NCBI GenBank assembly: GCA_021827525.1
Contig: JAKAVJ010000013.1
Span: forward strand, 9,191 to 73,190
Reading direction: 5' to 3'
DNA length: 64,000 bases
Source of the DNA: Candidatus Micrarchaeota archaeon
Lineage (GTDB): Archaea; Micrarchaeota; Micrarchaeia; Micrarchaeales; Micrarchaeaceae
Part shown: in pieces, positions 19,841-28,400 of the stretch
Position numbering within the stretch: position 1 is the stretch's first letter
How the letters are laid out: each line of letters starts with the position of its first letter
Program-made: the position numbers and the translations under genes
The notes under the pieces: generated by a model
The model's database searches: none
Seen by the model: only the letters and a program-made list of their open reading frames with translations
Told to the model about the DNA's origin: nothing

Positions 19841-20359
19841 ATGACACACGATAACCCAATGGGTGGCGCAGTACAGAATGATGCCGAAAGCAGTGGAAAC
19901 AATCGGGAGATTCACCTTTCTAAACCGCTCGCCTTCTGGTTCGGCTTTCTAATCATAGGAGTAGTAATACTCGTGGCCGTAATGCCTTTGTTGCCGGATA
20001 TTGGTATGTCCTCTTTTAGTGCGGTACTCGGAGCCTTGGCTAAATATATACTATACTTGCCCGGATCTATAATCTTTCCGCTGATAGTAGCGTTGTGGAT
20101 AGGCGAGCGTGTAGGCATAGTAGAAAATAGGATCCATAACGCCTTGACAATAGGTCTTCTCAATGCGGTATATACATCATTGATATATGCAATAGGTATA
20201 TTCGTAGTATTTTTGGTGCTTCGTTATTCCGCAAATATGACTGCAATTGGAGTAACGCCACAGGGCTTCTTGGTATATTTGCTTGCTATCCCGGTCTCTA
20301 TACTCATAATACTAATCCCTACTTTCTCAGCAATGTCTGCTGCGAGGAGGGTAAAGTGA
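19841..20359 (+). CDS. Hypothetical membrane protein (~4 TM)
   Basis: Hydrophobic ORF; ATG at 19841, alternative TTG at 19826. Confidence 0.7.
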   Translation: MTHDNPMGGAVQNDAESSGNNREIHLSKPLAFWFGFLIIGVVILVAVMPLLPDIGMSSFSAVLGALAKYILYLPGSIIFPLIVALWIGERVGIVENRIHNALTIGLLNAVYTSLIYAIGIFVVFLVLRYSANMTAIGVTPQGFLVYLLAIPVSILIILIPTFSAMSAARRVK

Positions 20360-20372
20360 TGCATGCATGTAG

Positions 20373-21548
20373 CTAACGCTTAGCCGAGCTGACTATCTTT
20401 ATTATGTCATTGTTCTTCAGTTTGTAATCCTTTGCTACCCTGACCTTCTTGAGTGCATCTATTGCATAAAGCATGTTTTTTGCTATATCAGTGTGTATTG
20501 TTCTTGCTAGGTCTAGAGCCGTTGACCCGTTCTCCATCAGTATGGCATCAGGCAGGACGTTGCCGTTATGGTCGGTATACTTGTTCTCGTCCTCCACAGG
20601 GTATACAACAATCAGGTTGAGCAGGTCGAAAACTATCGTGTTGAGCAGTCGTTGTACGCCCGACCCTCCGTTTGCCTTCATGAACCTTGACATGTAATCG
20701 AGCGCATCCTTCTGCTCTTTCGTGATGCCCTCCTTTGCCAACGTGAATGAATCCCCTCCATCATATGATACCACTCCGGCCTTGGCCGCCTTTTCTAGGG
20801 CAAGCTCTATGGCTGCGGAGCAACCGACAACATATTTCTCCCCATATTCTGCCTTCAGGCGTGCTAGGTTCTCCTTGGCGCCGGCCTTGTCCATCTTGTT
20901 TGCAGCTATGACCACGGGCTTGGACCTCTTCAGCAGCGCCTTTGAGAACGCCATTATGTCGTCGTCTGACCAGTTTATTCTGCTAGTCGATAGGAAGCAT
21001 TCCTTAGCCGCTTCTTCTATGTATTCCCTGCTAATCTTTAGGCCCGCGAGTACATTGTGCAGCGCCTCGGTTCCATCATCTGCTTTTGACATTGCATTCA
21101 TATGCTTCTTTAGTATGTCGTATAGCCAGGCATGCAGCTCGCTCAGCACCATTTTTATGTCTTCAGACGGACTGCACCCTTCACATGGATTGCCATTCTG
21201 ATCCGTACCGCCGCTGGCATCGACGACGATCACCAGGGCATCAGCGCCAGCCAGGTCGTTCAGGAACTTGTTGCCCATGCCTTTGCCCGAATGCGCATCC
21301 TTGACCAGGCCCGCCACGTCAATTACGTTTATAGGTATGCTCCGCATACCGTTTGAACAGCTGCCGCTCCTAGCGTTGCACTTCGCCCCTATCAGCTTTT
21401 CCGCACATGGGACTTTAACGTATGCGACGCCCATGTTAGGGTCTATAGTTGTGAAGGGGTAATCGGCTATCCCAACATCGTTGAGCGTAAGCGAGGAGAA
21501 GAGAGTGCTCTTGCCCTTGTTCGGCGCCCCTATTATTCCTATTATCAT
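20373..21548 (-). CDS. ychF: Obg-family YchF/OLA1-like GTPase/ATPase with TGS domain
   Basis: GAPNKGKST, YPFTTIDPN, DVAGLV, GMGNKFL, NKMD, C-terminal TGS (IHTD). Confidence 0.93.
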   Translation of the reverse strand: MIIGIIGAPNKGKSTLFSSLTLNDVGIADYPFTTIDPNMGVAYVKVPCAEKLIGAKCNARSGSCSNGMRSIPINVIDVAGLVKDAHSGKGMGNKFLNDLAGADALVIVVDASGGTDQNGNPCEGCSPSEDIKMVLSELHAWLYDILKKHMNAMSKADDGTEALHNVLAGLKISREYIEEAAKECFLSTSRINWSDDDIMAFSKALLKRSKPVVIAANKMDKAGAKENLARLKAEYGEKYVVGCSAAIELALEKAAKAGVVSYDGGDSFTLAKEGITKEQKDALDYMSRFMKANGGSGVQRLLNTIVFDLLNLIVVYPVEDENKYTDHNGNVLPDAILMENGSTALDLARTIHTDIAKNMLYAIDALKKVRVAKDYKLKNNDIIKIVSSAKR

Positions 21549-21556
21549 GTTATGCG

Positions 21557-22879
21557 CTACCTGAATAGTTTTATCCTGACAACTTTCTTGTTCTTTAACT
21601 CGCGCAAGAAATAATAAATCACCATCAGCGACATTATCAGCACCACGCCTATCTCCAGGGCTTCTCTGGGCATGCCCGCAATGAACAGAAGAAGCAGCAC
21701 CACGCTAACTATTGTCAAGTAAGGGTATAGGGGTGTGCGGAAGCTCGCCTGTAGGTTCTTCTGGCGCCTGAAGTGCATTATGGCGAAGGCGCTTATCAGG
21801 TACGAGAAAAGCAGCCCGAAATTGCTTATTGCAGCTATTATGTATATGTTGCCCGAGAAGAGCATGACAACGCCAATCACTGCCGATATTATCACACCAT
21901 TGACTGCGACATCCCTCTTCTTGTCGTACTTCCTGGTGAGCTTAGGCAATAGATGCGCATCGCCGATCTGGTAGAGCACCCTCGAAGAGCTCAGTATCAT
22001 CGCCAGTGTCGCTGACGTAGTTGCAATCAATGCACCTATGTCGACTATCAGTGAGAGTGAATATGGAGCATGCACGTAATTCAGCGCGAACGCAAGCGGA
22101 TCTGCATTGATGGTGTATTTAGATGCAGGCACCATGGCCATTAGGGCAACCACTATCAGTATGTAGAACACCATGCTTACCACCACTGACAGCAGTATCG
22201 CTTTGGCGGCACCCTTGCCGCCTCCTTCGACGTCAGAAGTGAATGTGGATATTGACTGGAAGCCCGAATATGCGAAGAACACGGCTATGCTTGCTGCAAA
22301 TATGGCCGCAATGGTGTCTTTTGATGGTATTGCGGCGAAGTTGGAATAGTGGAAAGCGTGCGAATAGAACGCTATGAACATTGCAGCTATTATGAATATG
22401 CACAGAATGCCCAGCTTGAACAGCACTATCCAGAAATCCGCCTTGGCCGCCTTCTTGATGCCGAATATGTTCACTACAGACAGAACGAGTATCAGCGCCA
22501 TAGCAAACGCGTACTGGTAAGGCATGCTATGCATTCCCACCAGCTGGCCGAGGTATGACCCAAAACCCAGGGCTATGGCAGATATTGCCGTGGCGAAGCT
22601 GAAATAGAGCAGTATGCCTGTTATAAAGCCGAGCTCGCTGCCGAACGCCTCATAAACATAGGAAAACGAAGCGCCCTTCGCATGGGGCATTATTGTACCG
22701 AGCTCCCCATACTCGAAAGCTATGATTATTGCCAATACACCGACTAGCACGAACGCCAAAAGCGCCTCAGGACCTGCTAGGGCGATAGCCGTGCCGCTCA
22801 ACACAAATATGCCCGCACCTATTATGGCGCCTAAGCCGACCGCGGTTGCAACTCTTACGCTTATTTTCTTGCTGGGCAT
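21557..22879 (-). CDS. APC-family amino acid permease
   Basis: GAIIGAGIF, FFAYSGF, FRTPLYP, ~12 TM; start could instead be TTG 22900. Confidence 0.93.
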   Translation of the reverse strand: MPSKKISVRVATAVGLGAIIGAGIFVLSGTAIALAGPEALLAFVLVGVLAIIIAFEYGELGTIMPHAKGASFSYVYEAFGSELGFITGILLYFSFATAISAIALGFGSYLGQLVGMHSMPYQYAFAMALILVLSVVNIFGIKKAAKADFWIVLFKLGILCIFIIAAMFIAFYSHAFHYSNFAAIPSKDTIAAIFAASIAVFFAYSGFQSISTFTSDVEGGGKGAAKAILLSVVVSMVFYILIVVALMAMVPASKYTINADPLAFALNYVHAPYSLSLIVDIGALIATTSATLAMILSSSRVLYQIGDAHLLPKLTRKYDKKRDVAVNGVIISAVIGVVMLFSGNIYIIAAISNFGLLFSYLISAFAIMHFRRQKNLQASFRTPLYPYLTIVSVVLLLLFIAGMPREALEIGVVLIMSLMVIYYFLRELKNKKVVRIKLFR

Positions 22880-23004
22880 CGCATCAGACGATTTTTGCAA
22901 TGCAAGTTATTAATTGTTTTGAGGTATGCGCACATAAAATGAATCTGCATCAAAAACCAGAAAAGTATAAATAGGTAGGGCAGCAATAACATTTTACATC
23001 GTAT

Positions 23005-23089
23005 GCAGGGATAGCAAAGCCTGGTCAAATGCGACGGGTTCAGGGCCCGCTCCCTTAGGGGTTCGAGAGTTCAAATCTCTCTCCCTGCA
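23005..23089 (+). tRNA. tRNA-Leu(CAG)
   Basis: Acceptor GCAGGGA/TCCCTGC-A, anticodon loop TTCAGGG, long variable arm CCCTTAGGGG, T-loop TTCAAAT. Confidence 0.96.
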
Positions 23090-23193
23090 CTGCTTCGATT
23101 ATTGAACAGGTTTTTGTTTGTTTCGGTTTGAAAGGCCTAAATAGTATATAGCTACCAAAAGCTTTAAATAAACATATTGTTTATTATTAGTAT

Positions 23194-23799
23194 ATGAATA
23201 GTTTGATCGGGAAGATAGGGCGTGCAATCGAAAACTCACCGAACGGAATCGCCGAGCTAGAAACACTTGAGAGTCTGCAGCTCTGTGACAAATTTACCCT
23301 GAAAACGACGCTGAGCAGGTTGGGCAAGTCAAACAGGATTATACGACTGAAACGTGGGGTATACTCATCAAATCCGATAAGAGACACGTTCATAGCTGCA
23401 CAGTGCATCTACAATGGATATATTGGTTTTTCGAGTGCACTATATGTGCATAAGCTAATTGCAGAACTCCCATTCACTGTAACTGTAGTTACAACGTATA
23501 AGTCTGCCTCAAAGGTGATCGGAGCATATGAATTTAGGGCCATTGCGATGAAAGAAAAGGCAATCGGATTTGAGAGTATGGGGGAATTGACAGTTTCCAC
23601 TAGAGCAAAGACCCTATTTGATTGCCTTTATTTAGAGCGGTATTCAATAGAGAGGGATAAACTTATTGAGGCCTATAAACTAGCAAAATTAAGTTCAGAT
23701 GAACTAAGGGAATTTAATTCTTATGTGAAGCGCTTTGTTTCAGAAGGAAGGCGTGCCAAGTTTAACATGATAAAGAAAGAGATAGCTAGTAAAGGTTGA
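23194..23799 (+). CDS. abiEi: Type IV toxin-antitoxin AbiEi-like antitoxin
   Basis: LSRLGKSNRIIRLKRGVY winged HTH, YIGFSSALYVH, STRAKTLFDCL. Confidence 0.85.
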   Translation: MNSLIGKIGRAIENSPNGIAELETLESLQLCDKFTLKTTLSRLGKSNRIIRLKRGVYSSNPIRDTFIAAQCIYNGYIGFSSALYVHKLIAELPFTVTVVTTYKSASKVIGAYEFRAIAMKEKAIGFESMGELTVSTRAKTLFDCLYLERYSIERDKLIEAYKLAKLSSDELREFNSYVKRFVSEGRRAKFNMIKKEIASKG

Positions 23800-24608
23800 A
23801 TTTAATGGAGCTGGACTTAGAGGTATGCAGGACGATTGCCATTCGCTACGGGCTTCCCCTTCAATTTGTATTCAAAGAGTTCCACCTAATGGATGTTATA
23901 TCCAAAATAGCTGCAATTACGGTTCAAAAGCCCAACCCGTTGGTGCTCAAAGGAGGCACCGCGCTTAACAAAGTATATCTACAAAAGATGCAGAGGTTTT
24001 CTGAGGACGCCGACTTTGATCTTGTAACGAGGGACTCACACCAAGAGCTTTACAGATTTAGCAAAAAACTTGCAGGTGGAATCGATGGTTATCAGATCGT
24101 GGAGCTGCGCAAAGTGCGCTCTATAATACAGTTTTACTGTATGTATGATACCCCGCTGGGCGGAAAGGACCACGTCAGGATTGATATATCTCCAAAAAAG
24201 CTCCTCACTGCCAAGCCGTTGGAGAATAATATGATAATTTCAGAGTTCACGCACTCTTCTGTGAGTGGCATACCAATATATTCCATAGAAGATTTGACCG
24301 CACGCAAGATGCATGCGCTTGCAGACCGCGCAGAAGGCAAGGACCTATATGACGTCCACATGGCTCTGCCGATGTGCTCCAAGGAGGCGCTCAAGACTGC
24401 AATAGAATTGATGCTGAAATCGGAGGGTGAGAAAGGAACAGTAGATTTATTCGTGCAAAGATCTATCATGCGCCTGAAAAAGAGCGATCCGAAGAAAATG
24501 CGCAATCTTACGAATCCATTTATCCCGGCTGCAAGGAGGCCAAAAAGTTGGGAGGAGCTTAAGAATGATCTATTAGCAACGCTCGAATACTTCCAAAAGG
24601 GCCTCTGA
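23796..24608 (+). CDS. abiEii: AbiEii/AbiGii nucleotidyltransferase toxin
   Basis: LVLKGGTALNK, RFSEDADF, KMHALADR, KDLYD; overlaps the antitoxin stop codon. Confidence 0.9.
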   Translation: MNLMELDLEVCRTIAIRYGLPLQFVFKEFHLMDVISKIAAITVQKPNPLVLKGGTALNKVYLQKMQRFSEDADFDLVTRDSHQELYRFSKKLAGGIDGYQIVELRKVRSIIQFYCMYDTPLGGKDHVRIDISPKKLLTAKPLENNMIISEFTHSSVSGIPIYSIEDLTARKMHALADRAEGKDLYDVHMALPMCSKEALKTAIELMLKSEGEKGTVDLFVQRSIMRLKKSDPKKMRNLTNPFIPAARRPKSWEELKNDLLATLEYFQKGL

Positions 24609-24746
24609 GTCCATGGGTTCGAACCTAGCACTTTACATATTTGGGCGTTAAAATGGCTCTTCTGCATATTCGCTCCGTTCGTCTAGGTATATTTTTGTAT
24701 AGCTATGCTTTTTATTTGTTACCCATCAAAATGGTATTGTGGTTTT

Positions 24747-24890
24747 ATGGTAAACGAGACAAAGGAGGAAGAGATGAATGTGTGCCCGGTATGCGGCAGG
24801 ACTGGCGAAAAGTGCGAGTGCAGCGAAGAAACTGCTAGCGGCGAGTCAGGATGCGGCTGCGGTGGCAACTGCGGCTGTGGAGGCCACTAG
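24747..24890 (+). CDS. Small Cys-rich metallothionein-like protein (47 aa)
   Basis: MVNETKEEEMNVCPVCGRTGEKCECSEETASGESGCGCGGNCGCGGH: 8 Cys in CxxC/CxC motifs plus a terminal His. Confidence 0.65.
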   Translation: MVNETKEEEMNVCPVCGRTGEKCECSEETASGESGCGCGGNCGCGGH

Positions 24891-26330
24891 TCAGCTTCTC
24901 TCCCTCTTTTCTATTGGGAATAATATTACTTCCTTTATCGATTTCTGGTTTGTGAGCAGCATAACCAGCCTGTCTATCCCTATCCCTATCCCGCCTGTAG
25001 GCGGCATGCCGTATTCCATTGCTTCCACGAAATCCATGTCTAGCGGTTCTGCTTCCTTGTCCCCCATCTTTGCCTTCTCTCCCTCCGCAGCGAAATTATC
25101 GCGCTGTATTATCGGGTTGTTCAGCTCCGAAAATGCGTTGGATATCTCCACGCCATTTATGTAGAGCTCAAACCTCTCTGCGAGCCTCGGGTTGCCGCGC
25201 TTGGGCCTCGATAGCGGCGAAGTCTCCCTAGGGAAGTCGGTTATGAATGTAGGCTGCACGCATTCAGGCTGCACCAAAAGCTCCAGCAGCTTGTCGTAGG
25301 CATGCGCCCTGAACCTTTTGCCCTTCTCGAACTTTATCCCATTGCTTTCGGCGAGCTTCAACAGCTCCTCATCACCCATAGACATCACATCCAATCCTAG
25401 CTTCTCGTTCAGGCTGTCTATGTATCCTATGCGCCTGAACGGAGCTTTGAAGCTGATCTTTTTACCCTGGTATTCTATGAACTCGCGGCCATAGAGCTTC
25501 TTTGTAAGGAATTCGAAAAGCCCTTCATTGAGCCTCATCATCCCTTCGTAATCCGTATACGCTTCGTAAGCCTCCATCATGGTGAACTCAGGGCTGTGTG
25601 TAGAATCAAAATCCTCGTTCCTGAAGGCTTTGTATATCTCGTACACCTTGTCCAATCCGCCTATTATGAGCCTCTTCAGATACAGCTCGTTTGATATCCT
25701 AAGATAATCTTCCTCCTTTATTGTATTGGTATATGTCTTGAACGGCTCTGCGTCTGCACCGCCATAAAGCGGCTGTATTACTGGAGTCTCAAACTCCATG
25801 TAGCCTTTCCCGTCCATGTATTCCCTTATGAGCTTGGTTATCAGCGAGCGCTTGAGCGCCACATCCCTAGATTCGTCATTGACTATCAGATCCAAGTACC
25901 TCTTCCTGTACCTGGTCTCTACATCCTGGAGGCCCTTCCACTTGTCCGGAAGGGTGCGCAGCGCCTTTGCTAGCAAAGAGTATTCGCTCACATTTATGCT
26001 TATCTCGCCGGGATTGGTCTTGAACACGTTACCGGTTATCCCTACAAAATCGCCGACATTATAGCCCTTTACTTCAGAGAACTTATCCTCGCCGAGCTTG
26101 CCGTAATCGAAATAGCCCTGTATCCTGCCGGTAGAGTTCATTACGTCGAGGAATACTAGCTTGCCAGCTTTCCTCATGCCGGATATGCGCCCCGCTACAG
26201 ATACAATCTTGTCCTCATACTCCCCAAACCTTTCACGGATGTTCTTTATGCTCACCGTCTGTTCAAAAGAGTACGGCAACGCTGAAAGCGTATTCGATAA
26301 TTCAACGTCTTTATTGTCCATAGGAATCAC
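24891..26330 (-). CDS. lysS: Lysyl-tRNA synthetase, class II
   Basis: OB-fold N-domain, RYRKRYLDL, YLRISNELYLKRL, FRNE, HSPEFT, YGMPPTGGIGIGIDRL. Confidence 0.97.
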   Translation of the reverse strand: MIPMDNKDVELSNTLSALPYSFEQTVSIKNIRERFGEYEDKIVSVAGRISGMRKAGKLVFLDVMNSTGRIQGYFDYGKLGEDKFSEVKGYNVGDFVGITGNVFKTNPGEISINVSEYSLLAKALRTLPDKWKGLQDVETRYRKRYLDLIVNDESRDVALKRSLITKLIREYMDGKGYMEFETPVIQPLYGGADAEPFKTYTNTIKEEDYLRISNELYLKRLIIGGLDKVYEIYKAFRNEDFDSTHSPEFTMMEAYEAYTDYEGMMRLNEGLFEFLTKKLYGREFIEYQGKKISFKAPFRRIGYIDSLNEKLGLDVMSMGDEELLKLAESNGIKFEKGKRFRAHAYDKLLELLVQPECVQPTFITDFPRETSPLSRPKRGNPRLAERFELYINGVEISNAFSELNNPIIQRDNFAAEGEKAKMGDKEAEPLDMDFVEAMEYGMPPTGGIGIGIDRLVMLLTNQKSIKEVILFPIEKRERS

Positions 26331-26419
26331 GTGTATGAGAGTATTGAATATATTTATTGCTTACGTGCAAAAAAAGAAAAAGGAAGGATTAGAATAGAGC
26401 CCGGACTCCCGAGCCCTAT

Positions 26420-26959
26420 CTAATGTGGGGGTGAAATAATTAGTGTTGTGGTCGTCTTGCCAGCATCATATTTGTAATACACCTTATGCCCCAGCTGATA
26501 CCTCTGCAGGATACCACGCTTGTACAGGCCGTTGAGCCTAGATGAGGCTGCGTTCCTGCCCTTGTACGACATAAGGGCCTTTATGTCATCGGCACATGCC
26601 ATGCCTTTAACCTGTATATACTCTATTATCTTAGAATCCAACCCGGATAGCGGTATTTCCTCATATTTGACAGGCTGCTGTATTCCAGGCACGTATGTAG
26701 GCTCTGCGGGCATCTCCTGGCCCTGCTCGGCATCTGCGGTGAGCGCAGATATATTGTCTGATATGTTCTTGAGCAGCATCGTGGTCTTCTTATTCTCGTC
26801 CATCACGTATCTAAGCAGAAGCAGCATGTTTGAGCTGTTCTCTTCGCCCTTGCTCTTTTCCTTGAGCTGCTCCATGTCATGGGCCCTAGCATCGGCAATC
26901 TTCTGGATCTCCTCCTTGATCTTCAGAAGCTCCTTTTCTATAGGCTTTTTCTGACCCAT
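26420..26959 (-). CDS. Coiled-coil plus C-terminal winged-HTH protein
   Basis: LSGLDSKIIEYI...ADDIKALMSYKGRNAASSRLNGLYKRGIL...GHKVYY. Confidence 0.75.
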   Translation of the reverse strand: MGQKKPIEKELLKIKEEIQKIADARAHDMEQLKEKSKGEENSSNMLLLLRYVMDENKKTTMLLKNISDNISALTADAEQGQEMPAEPTYVPGIQQPVKYEEIPLSGLDSKIIEYIQVKGMACADDIKALMSYKGRNAASSRLNGLYKRGILQRYQLGHKVYYKYDAGKTTTTLIISPPH

Positions 26960-27097
26960 CCGAATCACACGTGATTCTTACATAATTGGATTATGGAACA
27001 ATCATGATTGAATCATGAGTATTATTTGCAGTTATATATTTAAAGCTTTCTACAGGCTGTGATAAAAATGTTGAATAGCGGAAGCGCGATTTGTTGC

Positions 27098-28324
27098 CTA
27101 TCTGGTCAGCCAGCTGTTTTGCTTCCATATTGTCAATAGACCGTAGAACGTTGCAAAGAGTATTATGAGCATCGCTATACCGCCATATGCAAAAGTCTTC
27201 TTCCTCTTCCTCTTCACCCTAGTGGACAGTGCGATGCCGAATATTGCAATTGCTACAAAATCAAGCACCTGTATAGTGTAGTACAGTATGATTAATGGAT
27301 GTATGCGCGCGAAGTTGAGCGTTATTATATTATATGCTAGCAGCAGGTCGCGCGATATCTCAGTGTTTATTCCGTGGAACATGTATAGGTATATACGGGA
27401 CGCAAATAAGAGTATTGTTACTACAGGCAGCGCATACATGTACAACATCTCGAATGTATAAAACGGCCCTTTCTTTATATAGCGCATGTGGAGGAATTCA
27501 TCTAAGAAATACATATATCCTGCACGCGTCCACCTTACCATCTGCTTTACAAACATCTTGAGGTTTTTCTGCGATTCGGTCTTTACTATGACGTTGTAGT
27601 CTATGGCCGCCTTATATCCGAGGTTTAGCATATGGCTGGTTATGTGCCTGTCGTCTGAAAGCCCGCTCTTTATACCGAGAAGGCTGTAGTTCCTGTACTC
27701 GTCGGACTTCATGAAGCTGCTTATCAGATTGGTCTGGTACATGCAGCATCTTCCGTCCAGGACCATCACCGCCCCAGATTTTGCCATAGCTCTGAATGTG
27801 ATTTCCTTCAGCTTCTCAAAGAATTCTGATGCATAGGATATCCAGTTGCTGTTCAGGCGTATGGATATGCTTGTCCCCACCCCGCCGATGCCGGGGCCGA
27901 ACTTGGAGAGCATGCTCTTCACCGCGTGCTTTGGTATGGTAGTATCGCTGTCTACAAACATTACGTATTTAGTGGCAACATTTTCCATGCCGAGAGATAA
28001 TGCATGCCGCTTGCCGCCGCGCATCTTCGAGTATACAAATCTGCCGCCATGGTTCCTTGTTATGCTCCTATACGGCTCTAAGCTAGAATCGCCGACTACT
28101 ATGAATGGGCTTCCCTGCCTGCTTATAGAGTATATGCATCTCTCGAACAACTTGGGGTTCTCGTTGTATACAGGCACCACGATGGTAACGTCCCTTACAT
28201 CACCTTCGGGATTGTTGCCGCGTATCCTGTAGTTTATTGACCTTCTTGCATTCGATATGTAGTATATCAATGAGACGAGACCAAAGAATATAGAGAACAG
28301 TATGATATATAAGCCTATGAACAT
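27098..28324 (-). CDS. Processive GT2 glycosyltransferase (hyaluronan synthase/NodC/cellulose synthase-like)
   Basis: VPVYNE, GKRHAL, FVDSDT, SDDRHIT, QMVRW (QxxRW), C-terminal WLTR, TM helices. Confidence 0.88.
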   Translation of the reverse strand: MFIGLYIILFSIFFGLVSLIYYISNARRSINYRIRGNNPEGDVRDVTIVVPVYNENPKLFERCIYSISRQGSPFIVVGDSSLEPYRSITRNHGGRFVYSKMRGGKRHALSLGMENVATKYVMFVDSDTTIPKHAVKSMLSKFGPGIGGVGTSISIRLNSNWISYASEFFEKLKEITFRAMAKSGAVMVLDGRCCMYQTNLISSFMKSDEYRNYSLLGIKSGLSDDRHITSHMLNLGYKAAIDYNVIVKTESQKNLKMFVKQMVRWTRAGYMYFLDEFLHMRYIKKGPFYTFEMLYMYALPVVTILLFASRIYLYMFHGINTEISRDLLLAYNIITLNFARIHPLIILYYTIQVLDFVAIAIFGIALSTRVKRKRKKTFAYGGIAMLIILFATFYGLLTIWKQNSWLTR

Positions 28325-28400
28325 TTGATTCGCCTGACTTAATCTTAAAATGCTTAACTTATAGAGAATGATATAAATAAAACATGATATGCTGCCGCAT

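Noticed and set aside
24610..24632. GGGTTCGAACCT as the attR of a tRNA-Leu-integrated element
   Set aside because: It does not match the tRNA-Leu T-arm or 3' end (GAGAGTTCAAATCTCTC), so it cannot be called an att duplicate; kept only as a possible remnant
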